Assembly (NCBI GenBank): GCA_051530055.1
Contig: CM121341.1
Span: 124,001-188,000 of the forward strand
From: Neoechinorhynchus agilis
Taxonomy: Eukaryota; Animalia; Acanthocephala
Direction of reading: 5' to 3'
DNA: 64,000 bases
Part shown: in pieces, positions 8,281-22,000 of the stretch
How positions within the stretch are numbered: the first letter of the stretch is position 1
Layout of the letters: each line of letters starts with the position of its first letter
Notes under the pieces: generated by a model
The model's database searches: none
What the model saw: the letters and a program-made list of their open reading frames with translations, nothing else
What the model was told of the DNA's origin: nothing
Translations under genes and position numbers: made by a program

Positions 8281-8432
8281 CTTCTAAACGACTATGCAAT
8301 TCCATCCTTAATGGTTAAGCTCGAAGCCTCATGCGACATCGCCCCGCTAATCTAGGACGTAAAGACGAGCAATGGAGGTGCAGACTAAAGAAGATTCTTA
8401 AACTTACAAGGAACTTAGGCGAAGGAGCTTTC
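8281..8432 (+). pseudogene. Retroelement fragment from the post-RT (thumb/linker) region, with a stop and a frameshift
   Basis: LLNDYAIPSLMVKLEASCDI...DEQWRCRLKKILKLTRNLGEGAF versus main ORF LLNDYGVPRLLGRLNAAWDV...DEQWRSRIKKLLDLPRYVNDGAF. Confidence 0.88.
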
Positions 8433-8483
8433 GATGAGTGTGAGCTGAGTCTAATCTCTCCAAGCAATGCTTTAGTGTGGTAG

Positions 8484-8669
8484 ATGAATAAAGCAAAAAT
8501 AACTTCCATTCAAAGGTACAGATGCTTTCTGGAGACGGAGAGCGATATCCTCCATCGATCAGAAGGCTCCATTGATAGGGAAAAATACGTTTCCAACAAA
8601 TTACTTACGTTCACAGACGCTCAAAGATGCCTTCATAAGCCCATAGCTCCAAAATCGCTCATTTCATAG
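8484..8669 (+). pseudogene. Retroelement fragment from the region just upstream of the OTU-like domain
   Basis: QRYRCFLETESDILHRSEGSIDR versus main ORF PRYRFYLETERNVLRHSEGPIDK. Confidence 0.82.
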
Positions 8670-10049
8670 GCGAACAAAAAAGAACGATACAGGAACATGG
8701 AGGCAGCTATAGGAAACAGGCAGCAATTTATAATGTGCAGAAAACGAAAGAATTATTGTTTGCGTAATCATTTGGCGCGCGTTTAAATTTTTATTACTGT
8801 TTTTTAATCGAAAAATAATTTATGAGGAGTAACCATGTAATGTGCTTTTCGAAGGTCTTTTTAAATCAACTGCGATTTTAATCGTCTTCTTAAGTGCTTT
8901 TTAATGTTCGTTATTGAATTGACGGAAAGTTTTAAGTTTCTCAAATGAAAATTTACAATCGATTTTTAAAGCTGGTAGAATAAAAAATTCAATCAGATGA
9001 ATCGATTAGTGCCGTAATTAGATACGTTAAAAACCACTACGTTTTGAAAATGGATACAGCATCCAAAAATTTGCAACCTATCTTTGCCGTGGAGAATGAC
9101 AAGCAGCCACCTTATCTTAAAAAGGTTCACTTAATCTCGGAGAAGAGATCCCAGTAAGGGCTAGGCATAGCATATGAGCTACGACGTGAATGAGTGCTTA
9201 TAAATGACGTCAGTCGAAGCTCTTGGAACCCGCTAAGAATTGATGACTAGATTTGTTGTCGACGTTTCGTGAAATTAACTACATCATTGAAAGTTAAAAA
9301 GTTCTGAACATTAGCTGATTGAACGTGTTTTGTTTCGATTGAATTGTATCATAAAAAGAGCCTTGTGACGCTAGCAAAATTACATTGCAGCACGTTAAAT
9401 TTTGAGACAAACTACCTTGATTATTGATATAAAAACGTCAGCGAATTTAAGATCAAATTAACTTTTCTAGATCTACTTTTGACGCTAAGTCCACCTGCAA
9501 TAACAATTTTAGGTTGCTTTTTAAACTTTTACACTTAGTTTAAGGATTAAAGTTCATAAAAGACACCTGAATTAAATCTGTGGTACTCGTAAGTTGTTAT
9601 GAAATGATAAAACATTTTGAGCATATCTAAATCGCTGATTTCAATGGTGTTGACCAATTTTAATGAACCTTGCAAATTTTGTGATCTTTCACTCGTGACC
9701 ATTTACCAAATATGATAATGCAATATCCGATTCAAATATTTAAGCTGTAGTTTAGAGAGTCAGTAAGTTTAGTACATCTTAACGCGCTGATTCCAAATCT
9801 GTATCATGATTTGCGATAGCTTTAATTGTTCTTGAGTTATTCGTTGTTCAATTTTGAGACAAACAACCTTGATTATTGATATTAAAACGCAGATCAATTT
9901 AAGATCAAATTAACTTTTCTACATTTACATTTGACGCTGAATTCACCTGCAATAACAGCTTAATGTGGCTTTTTAAACTTTTGCACTTAGTTTAAGGTTA
10001 CGAAATGCAAAAACATTTTGAGCATATCTAATGCGCTGATTTCAATGGT

Positions 10050-13000
10050 GTTATCTGATTTTAATGATTCTTGCAAATTTAGTGATCTTTCACTCTTGTG
10101 AATATTAGCAAAATATGACAATGCAATTTCCGATGCGAATATTACGGCTGTAGTGTAAGGAATCAGCTAATTTTGTACATCTTAACGCGCTGATTCCAAA
10201 CCTGTTTTTGGATTTGCGATAGCTATCATGGTTCTTGAGTTATTTGTTGTTACATTTTGAGACCAACTAAATTGATTATTCATATTAAAACATCAATCAA
10301 TTTAAGATCAAATTAACTTTTCTAGATATACTTTTGACGCTGAATTCACCTGCAATTACGGTTTGATGTTACTTGTTAGACTTCGACACTTAGTTTCAGG
10401 ATTGAAGTTGATAAAAGACTCCTGAATTAAATCTGTGGTGCTCGAAAGTTGTTACGAAATACAAAAACATTTTGAGCATATCTAATGCGCTGATGTCAAT
10501 GGAGTTATCTGATTTTAATGATTCTTGCAAATTTAGTGATCTTTCACTCTTGTGAATATTGGCAAAATATAACAATGCGATTTCCGATGCGAATATAACA
10601 GCTGTAGTGTACGGAATCAGCTAATTTAGTACATCTTAACGCGCTGATTCCAAATCTGTTTTCGTATTTGCGATAGCTGTCATGGTTCTTGAGTTATTGG
10701 TTGTTAGATTTTGAGACAAACTACCTTGATTATTGATATTAAAACATCAATCAATTTAAGATCAAATAAACTTTTCTATATCTACTTTTGACGCTGAATT
10801 CACCTGCAATAACGGTTTGATGTTACTTGTTAAATTTTAACACTAAGTTTTAGGATTGAAGTTCATAAAAGACACCTAAATTAAATCTGTGGTGCACGAA
10901 AGTCGCTACGTAAAGAAAAAACATGTTGAGCATATCTGATGCGGTGATTTCAATTGTGTTATCTAATTTTCATGAATCTTGCAAATGTAGTGATCTTTCA
11001 CTCTTATGAATATTGACAAAATATGATAATGCGATTTCCGGCGCGAATATTACAGCTGTAGTGTACCGAATCAGCTAATTTAGTGCACCTTAACGCGCTG
11101 ATTCCAAATCTGTTTTTGGATTTGCGATAGCTATCATGGTTCTTGAGTTATTTGTTGTTACATTTTGAGACCAACTACCTTGATTATTGATATTAAAACA
11201 TCAATCAATTTAAGATCAAATTAACTTTTCAAGATATACCTTTTACGCTGAATTCACCTGAAATTACGGTTTGATGTCACTTGTTAAATTTTGACACTTA
11301 GTTTAAGGATTGAAGTTGATAAAAGACACCTCAGTTAAATCTGTGGTGCTCGAAAGTTGTTACGAAATAGAAAAACATTTTGAGCATATATGATGCGCTG
11401 ATTTCAATGGTGTTATCTAATTTTAATGAATCTTGCAAATTTGGTTATTTTTCTCTCTTGTGAATATTGTCAAAATATGACAATGCGATTTCCGATGCGA
11501 ATATTACAGCCGTAGTGTACGGAATCAGCTAATTTAGTACATCTTAACGCGCTGATTCCATATCTGTTTTTGGATTTGCGATAGCTATTATGGTTCTTGA
11601 GTTATTTGTTGTTACATTTTGAGACCAACTACCCTGATTATTGATATTAAAACATAAATCAATTTAAGATCGAATTAACTTTTCTAGATCTACTTTTCAC
11701 GCTGAATTCACCTGATATTACGGTTTGATGCTACTTGTTAAATTTGGCACTAAGTTTTAGGATTGAAGTTGATAAAAGACACCTGAATTAAATCTGTGGT
11801 GCTCGAAAGTTGTTACGAAATACAAAATCATTTTGAGCATATTCAATGCGCTGATTTCAATGGTGTTATCTGATTTTAATGATTCTTGCAAATTTAGTGA
11901 TCTTTCACTCTTGTGAATATTGGCAAAATATGGTAATGCGATTTTTGATGCGAATATTACAGCTGAAGTGTACGGAATCAGCTAGTTTAGTACATCTTAA
12001 CGCGCTGATTCCTAATCAGTTTTCGGATTTCCGATGGCTGTCATGTTTCTTGAGTTATTTCTTGTTACATTTTGAGACCAACTACCTTGATTATTGATAT
12101 TAAAACATCAATCAATTTAAGATCAAATTAGTTTTTCTAGATCTACTTTTGACGCTGAATCCACCTGAAATTACGGTTTGATGTTACTTGTTAAATTTTT
12201 ACACTTAGTTTAAGGATTGAAGTTCATAAAAGACACCTCAGTTAAATCTGTGGTGCTCGAAAGTTGCTACGAAATAGAAAAACATTTTGAGCATATCTGA
12301 TGCGCTGATTTCAATTGTGTTATCATATTTTAACGATTCTTGCAAATTTAGTGGTCTTTCACTCTTGTTAATATTGGCAAAATAAAATAATGCGATTTCC
12401 TATGCGAATATTACAGCCGTAGTGTACCGAATCAGCTAATTTAGTGCACCTTAACGCGCTGATTCCAAATCTGTTTTTGGATTTGCAATAGCTATCATGG
12501 TTCTTGAGTTATTTTTTGTTAGATTTTTAGACCAACTACCTTGATTATTGATATTAAAGCATCAATCAATTTAAGATCAAATTAACTTTTCTAGATTTAC
12601 TTTTGAAGCTGAATTCACCTGCAATAACGGTTTGATGTTGCTTGTTAAATTTTGACACTTAGTATTAGGAATGAAGTTCATAAAAGACACCTCAGTTAAA
12701 TCTGTTGTGCTCGAAAGTTGTTACGAAATTCAAAAACATTTTGAGCATATCTTATGCGCTGATTTCAATGGTGCTATCTGATTTTAATGATTCTTGCAAA
12801 TTTAGTGGTCTTTCACTCTTGTTAATATTGGCAAAATAAAATGATGCGATTTCCGATGCGAATATTACAGCTGTGGTGTATGGAATCAGCTAATGCAGTA
12901 CATCTTAACGCGCTGATTCCAAATCTGTTTTCGGATTTGCGATAGCTATCATGGTTCTTGAGTTATTTGTTGTTACATTTTGAGACCAACTACCTGAATT

Positions 13001-16000
13001 ATTGATATTAAAACATCAATCAATTTAAGATCAAATTAACTTTTCTAGATCTACTTTTCACGCTTTATTCACCTGCAATTACGGTTTGATGCTTCTTGTT
13101 AAATTTTGACACTTAGTTTTAGGATTGTAGTTCATTAAACAAACCTCAGTTAAATCTGTTGTGCTCGAAAGTTGCTACGAAATAGAAAAACATTTTGAGC
13201 ACATCTGATGCGCTGATTTCAATGGTTTTATCTAATTTTAATGAATCTTGCAATTTTGGTGATTTTTCTCTCTTGTGAATATTGGCAAAATAATACAATG
13301 CGATTTCCGATTCGAATATTACAGCTGTAGTGTACGGAATCAGCTAATTTAGTACATCTTAACGCGTTGATTCCAAATCTGTTTTCGGATTTGCGATAGC
13401 TATCATGGTTCTTGAGTTACTTGTTGTTACATTTTGAGACCAACTACCTTGATTATTGATATTAAAACATCAATCAATTCAAGATCAAATTAAATTTTCT
13501 AGATCTACCTTTGACGCTGAATTAACCTGAAATAACGGTTTGATGTTAATTGTTAAATTTTTACACTTAGTTTTAGGATTGAAGTTCATAAAAGACAGCT
13601 AAGTTAAATCTGTTGTGCTCGAAAGTAGTTACGAAATAGTAAAACATTTTGAGCATATCTAATGCGCTGATTTCAATGGTGTTATCTTATTTTAATGATT
13701 CTTGCAAATTTAGTGATTTTTCCCTCTTGTGAATATTGGCAAAATATGATAATGCGATTTCCGATGCGAATATTACGGCTGTGGTGTACGGAATCAGCTA
13801 ATTTAGTACATCTTAACGCGCTGATTCCAAATCGCTTTTCGGATTCTCGATAGCTGTCATGGTTCTTGAGTTATCTGTTGTAACATTTTGAGACCAACTA
13901 CCTTGATTATTGATATGAAAACATCAATCAATTTTAGATATAATTAACTTTTCTAGATCTACTTTTTACGCTGAATTCACCTGCAACAACGGTTTGATGT
14001 TGCTTGTTAAATTTTGACACTTAGTTTTAGGATTGAAGTTCATAAAAGACAGCTAAGTTAAATCTGTTGTGCTCGAAAGCAGTTACGAAATAGTAAAACA
14101 TTTTGAGCATATCTAATGCGCTGATTTCAATGGTGTTATCTGATTTTAATGATTCTTGCAAATTTAGTGATTTTTCCCTCTTGTGAATATTGGCAAAATA
14201 TGATAATGCGATTTCCGATGCGAATATTACGGCTGTAGTGTACGGAATCAGCCAATTTAGTACATCTTAACGCGCTGATTCCAAATCTGTTTTCGGATTC
14301 TCGATAGCTATCATGGTTCTTGAGTTATTTGTTGTTACATTTTGAGACCAACTACCTTGATTATTGTTATTAAAAAATCAATCAATTTAAGATATAATTA
14401 ACTTTTCTAGATCTACTTTTGACGCTGAATTCACCTGCAATAACGGTTTGATGTTGCTTGTTAAATTTTGACACTTAGTTTTAGGATTAAAGTTCATAAA
14501 AGACAGCTAAGTTAAATCTGTTGTGCTCGAAAGTAGCTACGAAATAGTAAAACATTTTGAGCATATCTAATGCGCTGATTTCAATGGTGTTATCTGATTT
14601 TAATGATTCTTGCAAATTTAGTGATTTTTCCCTCTTGTGAATATTGGCAAAATATGCTAATGCGATTTCCGATGCGAATATTACGGCTGTAGTGTACGGA
14701 ATCAGCTAATTTAGTACATCTTAACGCGCTGATTCCATATCTTTTTTCGGATTCTCGATAGCTGTCATGGTTCTTGTGTTATTTGTTGTTACATTTTGAG
14801 ACCAACTACCTTGATTATTGATATTAAAAAATCAATCAATTAAAGATATAATTAACTTTTCTAGATCTACTTTTGACGCTGAATTCACCTGCAATAACGG
14901 TTTGATGTTGCTTGTTAAATTTTGACACTTAGTTTTAGGATTGAAGTTCATAAAAGACAGCTAAGTTAAATCTGTTGTGCTCGAAAGTAGTTACGAAATA
15001 GTAAAACATTTTGAGCATATCTAATGCGCTGATATCAATGGTGTAATCTGATTTTAATGATTCTTGCAAATTTAGTTTTTTTTTCCCTCTTGTGAATATT
15101 GGCAAAATATGATAATGCGATTTTCGATGCGAATATTAAAGCTGTAGTGTACGGAATCAGCTAATTTAGTACATCTTAACGCGCTGATTTTAAATCTATT
15201 TTCGGATTCTCGATAGCTGTCATGGTTCTTGAGTTATTTGTTGTAACATTTTGAGACCAACTACCTTGATTATTGATATGAAAACATCAATCAATTTAAG
15301 ATATAATTAACTTTTCTAGATCTTCTTTTGACGCTGAATTCACCTGCAATAACGGTTTGATCTTGCACTTGTAAAATTTTGACACTTAGTTTTAGGATTG
15401 AAGTTCATAAAAGACCGCTAAGTCAAATCTGTTGTGCTCGAAAGTAGTTACGAAATAGTAAAACATTTTGAGCATATCTAATGCGCTGATTTCAATGGTG
15501 TTATCTGATTTTAATGAGTCTTGCAAGTTTAGTGATTTTTCATTCTTGTGAATATTGGCAAAATATGATAATGCGATTTCCGATGCGAATGTTACGGCTG
15601 TAGTGTACGCAATAAGCTAATTTAGTACATTTTAACGCGCTGATTCCAAATCTGTTTTCGGATTCTCGATAGCTGTCATGGTTCTTGTGTTATTTGTTGT
15701 TACATTTTGAGACCAACTACCTTGATTATTGATATTAAAAAATCAATCAATTTAAGATATAATTAACTTTTCTAGATCTACTTTTTACGCTAAATTCACC
15801 TGCAATAACGGTTCGATGTTGCTTGTTAAATTTTGACACTTAGTTTTAGGATTGAAGTTCATAAAAGACAGCTAAGTTAAATCTGTTGTGCTCAAAAGTA
15901 GTTACGAAATAGTAAAACATTTTGAGCATATCTAATGCGCTGATTTCAATGGTGTTATCATATTTTAATGATTCTTGCAAATTTAGTGATTTTTCCCTCC

Positions 16001-19000
16001 TTTGAATATTGGCAAAATATGATAATGCGATTTCCGATGCGAATATTACGGCTGTAGTGTACGGAATCAACTAATTTAGTACATCTTAACGCGCTGATTC
16101 CAAATCTGTTTTCGGATTCTCGATAGCTGTCATGGTTCTTGAGTTATCTGTTGTAACATTTTGAGACCAACTACCTTGATTATTGATATGAAAACATCAA
16201 TCAATTTTAGATATAATTAACTTTTCTAGATCTACTTTTTACGCTGAATTCACCTGCAATAACGGTTTGATCTTGCTTGTAAAATTTTGACACTTAGTTT
16301 TAGGATTGAAGTTCATAAAAGACCGCTAAGTCAAATCTGTTGTGCTCGAAAGTAGTTACGAAATAGTAAAACATTTTGAGCACATCTAATGCGCTGATTT
16401 TAATGGTGTTATCTGATTTTAATGAGTCTTGCAAATTTAGTGATTTTTCCCTCTTGTGAATATTGGCAAAATATGATAATGCGATTTCCGATGCGAATGT
16501 TACGGCTGTAGTGCACGGAATAAGCTAATTTAGTACATCTTAACGCGCTGATTCCAAATCTGTTTTCGGATTCTCGATAGCTGTCATGGTTCTTGTGTTA
16601 TTTGTTGTTACATTTTGAGACCAACTACCTTGATTATTGATATTAAAAAATCAATCAATTTAAGATCAAATTAAATTTTCTAGATCTACTTTTAACGCGT
16701 AATTCACCTGCAATAACGGTTTAATGTTGCTTGTTAAATTTTTACACTTAGTTTTAGGATTGAAGTTGATAAAAGACACCTGAATTAAATCTGTGGTACT
16801 CGAAAGTTGTTAAAAAATAGACTAACTTTTTGAGCATATCTTATGCGCTGATTTTAATGGTGTTATCTAATTTTAATGAATCTTGCAAATTTAGTGATTT
16901 TTCTCTCTTGTGAATATTGGCAAAATATGACAATGCGATTTTCGATGCGAATATTACAGCTGTAGTGTACGTAATCAGCTAATTTAGTACACCTTAACGC
17001 GCTGATTCCAAATCTGTTTTCGGATTATCGATAGCTATCATGGTTCTTTAGTTATGTGTTGTTACATTTTTAGACCAACAAACTTTATTATTGATATTAA
17101 AACGTCAATCAATTTAAGATCAAATTAACTTTTCTAGCTCTACTTTTTACGCTGAATTAACCTGAAATTACGGTTTGATGTTGCTTGTTAAATTTTTACA
17201 CTTAGTTTTAGGATTGAGGTTTATAAAGGACACCTCAGTTAAATCTGTGGTACTCGAAAGTTGTTACGAAATAGAAAAACTTTTTGAGCATATCTTATGC
17301 GCTGATTTCAATGGTGTTATCTAATTTTAATGAATCTTGCAAATTTATTGATTTTTCTCTCTTGTGAATATTGGCAAAATATGACAATGCGATTTTCGAT
17401 GCGAATATTACAGCTGTGGTGTACGGAATTAGCTAATTTAATACATCTTAACGCGCTGATTCCAAATCTGTTTTCGGATTTGCGATAGCTATCATGGTTC
17501 TTTAGTTATTTGTTGTTACATTTTTAGACCAACTACCTTGATTATTGATATTAAAACATCAATCAATTTAAGATCAAATTAACTTTTCTAGATCTACTTT
17601 TAACGCTGAATTTACCTAAAATTACGGTTTGATGTTGCTTGTTAAATTTTGACACTTAGTCTTAGGATTTAGGTTGATAAAAGACACCTCAGTTAAATCT
17701 GTGGTACTCGAAAGTTGTTACGAAATAGAAAAACTTTTTGAGCATATCTTATGCGCTGATTTCAATGGTGTTATCTAATTTTAATGAATCTTGCAAATTT
17801 ATTGATTTTTCTCTCTTGTTAATATTGGCAAAATATGACAATGCGATTTCCGATGCGAATATTACAGCTGTAGTGTACGGAATCAGCGAATTTAGTAGAT
17901 CTTAACGCGCTGATTCCAAATCTGTTTTCGGATTTGCGATAGCTATCATGGTTCTTGAGTTATTTGTTGTTAGATTTTGAAACCAACTACCTTGATTATT
18001 GACATTAAAACATCAATCAATTTAAGATCAAATTTACTTTTCTAGATCTACTTTTGACGCTGAATTAACCTGAAATTACGGTTTGATGTTAATTGTTAAA
18101 TTTTTACACTTAGTTTTAGGATAGAAGTTGATAAAAGACAACTGAATACAATCTGTGGTACTTGAAAGTTGTTACGAAATAGAAAAGTTTTTGTGCATAT
18201 CTTATGCGCTGATTTCAATGGTGTTATCTAATTTTAATGAATCTTGCAAATTTACTGATTATTCTCTCTTGTGAATATTGGCAAAATATGACAATGCGAT
18301 TTTCGATGCGAATATTACAGCTGTGGTGTACGGAATCAGCTAGTTTAGTACACCTTTACGCGCTGATTCCAAATCTGTTTACGGATTTTCGATAGCTATC
18401 ATGGTTCTTGGGTTATTTGTTGTTACATTTTGAGACCAACTACCTTCATTATTGATATTAAAACATCAATATATATAAGATCAAATTAAATTTTCTAGAT
18501 CTACTTTTGACGCTGAATTCACCTGCAATAACGGTTTGATGTTGCTTGTTAAATTTTGACACTTAGTTTTATTATTGAAGTTGATAAAAGACACCTGAAT
18601 TAAATCTGTGGTGCTCGAAAGTTGTTACGAAATAGAAAAACTTTTATAGCATATCTTATGCGCTGATTTCAATGGTGTTATCTAATTTTAATGAATCTTG
18701 CAAATTTACTGATTTTTCTCTCTTGTGAATATTGGCAAAATATGACAATGCGATTTTCGATGCGAATATTACAGCTGTGGTGTACGGAATCAGCTAATTT
18801 AGTACACCTTTACGCGCTGATTCCAAATATGTTTTCGGATTATCTATAGCTATCATGGTTCTTGAGTTATGTGTTGTTACATTTTTAGACCAACTACCTT
18901 GATTATTGATATTAAAACATCAATCAATTTAAGATCAAATTAACTTTTCTAGATCTACTTTTAACGCTGAATTAACCTGAAATTACGGTTTGATGTTACT

Positions 19001-22000
19001 TGTTAAGTTTTGACACTTGGTTTTAGGATTGAAGTTCATAAAAGACACCTCAGTTAAATCTGTGGTGCTCGAAAGTTGTTACGAAATAGAAAAACTTTTT
19101 GAGCATATCTTATGCGCTGATTTCAATGGTGTTATCTAATTTTAATGAATCTTGCAAATTTACTGATTTTTCTCTCTTGTGAATATTGGCAAAATATGAC
19201 AATGCGATTTTCGATGCGAATATTACAGCTGTAGTGTACGGAATCAGCTAATTTACTACATCTTAACGCGCTGATTCCAAATCTGTTAATCGGATTATCT
19301 ATAGCTATCATGGTTCTTGAGTTATGTGTTGTTACATTTTGAGACCAACTACCTTGATTATTGATATTAAAACATCAATCAATTTAAGATCAAATTAACT
19401 TTTCTAGATCTACTTTTGACGCTGAATTCACCTGCAATTACGGTTTGATGTTACTTGTTAAATTTTGACACTTAGTTTTAGGATTGATGTTCATAAAAGA
19501 CACCTCAGTTAAATCTGTTGTGCTCGAAAGTTGTTACGAAATACAAAAACGTTTTGAGCATATCTTATGCGCTGATTTCAATGGTGTTATCTAATTTTAA
19601 TGAATCTTGCAAGTTTAGTGATTTTTCTCTCTTGTGAATATTGGCAAAATAATACAATGCGATTTCCGATGCGAATATTACAGCTGTAGTGTACGGAATC
19701 AGCTAATTTAGTACATCTTAACGCGCTGATTCCAAATCTGTTTTCGGATTTGCGATAGCTATCATGGTTCTTGAGTTACTTGTTGTTACATTTTGAGACC
19801 AACTACCTTGATTATTGATATTAAAACATCAATCAATTTAAGATCAAATTAAATTTTCTAGATCTACTTTTGACGCTGAATTAACCTGAAATTACGGTTT
19901 GATGTTGCTTGTTAAATTTTTACACTTAGTTTTAGGATTGAAGTTCATAAAAGACACCTCAGTTAAATCTGTGGTGCTCGAAAGTTGTTACGAAATAGAA
20001 AAACTTTTTGAGCATATCTGATGCGCTGATTTCAATGGTGTTATCTAATTTTAATGAATCTTGCAAATTTAGTGATTTTTCTCACTTGTGAATATTGGCA
20101 AAATATGACAATGCGATTTTCGATGCGAATATTACAGCTGTAGTGTACGGAATCAGCTAATTTAGTACATCTTAACGCGCTGATTCCAAATCTGTTTTCG
20201 GATTTGCGATAGCTATCATGGTTCTTGAGTTATTTGTTGTTACATTTTGAGACCAACTACCTTGATTATTGATATTAAAACATCAATCAATTTAAGATCA
20301 AATTAACTTTTCTAGATCTACTTTTAAGCTGAATTTACCTGCAATAACGGTTTGATGTTGCTTGTTAAATTTTGACACTTAGTTTTAGGATTGAAGTTGA
20401 TAAAAGACACCTGAATTAAATCTGTGGTGCTCGAAAGTTGTTACGAAATAGAAAAACTTTTTGAGCATATCTGATGCGCTGATTTCAACGGTGTTATCTA
20501 ATTTTAATGAATCTTGCAAATTTAGTGATTTTTCTCACTTGTGAATATTGGCAAAATATGACAATGCGATTTCCGATGCGAATATTACAGCTGTAGTGTA
20601 CGGAATAAGCTAATTTAGTACATCTTAACGCGCTGATTCCAAATCTGTTTTCGGATTTGCGATAGCTATCATGGTTCTTGAGTTATTTGTTGTTACATTT
20701 TGAGACCAACTACCTTGATTATTGATATTAAAACATCAATCAATTTAAGATCAAATTAAATTTTCTAGATCTACTTTTGACGCTGAATTCACCTGAAATA
20801 ACGGTTTGATGTTGCTTGTTAAATTTTGACACTTAGTTTTAGGATTGAAGTTGATAAAAGACACCTGAATTAAATCTGTGGTGCTCGAAAGTTGTTACGA
20901 AATAGAAAAACTTTTTGAGCATATCTTATGCGCTGATTTCAATGGTGTTATCTAATTTTAATGAATCTTGCAAATTTACTGATTTTTCTCTCTTGTGAAT
21001 ATTGGCAAAATATGACAATGCGATTTTCGATGCGAATATTACAGCTGTAGTGTACGGAATCAGCTAATTTAGTACACCTTTACGCGCTGATTCCAAATCT
21101 GTTTTCGGATTTGCGATAGCTATCATGGTTCTTGAGTTACTTGTTGTTACATTTTGAGACCAACTACCTTGATTATTGATATTAAAACATCAATCAATTT
21201 AAGATAAAATTAAATTTTCTAGATCTACCTTTGACGCTGAATTAACCTGAAATTACGGTTTGATGTTGCTTGTTAAATTTTTACACTTAGTTTTAGGATT
21301 GAAGTTGATAAAAGACACCTCAGTTAAATCTGTTGTGCTCGAAAGTTGTTACGAAATACAAAAACGTTTTGAGCATATCTTAATCGCTGATTTCAATGGT
21401 GTTATCTAATTTTAATGAATCTTGCAAATTTACTGATTTTTCTCTCTTGTGAATATTGGCAAAATATGACAATGCGATTTTCGATGCGAATATTACAGCT
21501 GTAGTGTACGGAATCAGCTAATTTACTACATCTTAACGCGCTGATTCCAAATCTGTTTTCGGATTATCGATAGCTATCATGGTTCTTGAGTTATGTGTTG
21601 TTACATTTTTAGACCAACTACCTTGATTATTGATATTAAAACATCAATCAATTTAAGATCAAATTAACTTTTCTAGATCTACTTTTAACGCTGAATTTAC
21701 CTAAAATTACGGTTTGATGTTACTTGTTAAATTTTGACACTTAGTTTTAGGATTGATGTTCATAAAAGACACCTCAGTTAAATCTGTTGTGCTCGAAAGT
21801 TGTTACGAAATACAAAAACGTTTTGAGCATATCTTATGCGCTGATTTCAATGGTTTTATCTAATTTTAATGAATCTTGCAAGTTTGGTGATTTTTCTCTC
21901 TTGTGAATATTGGCAAAATAATACAATGCGATTTCCGATGCGAATATTACAGCTGTAGTGTACGGAATCAGCTAATTTAGTACATCTTAACGCGCTGATT

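Noticed and set aside
8984-9157. Open frame (...SDESISAVIRYVKNHYV...)
   Set aside because: Under 60 codons, with no convincing similarity to the element proteins.
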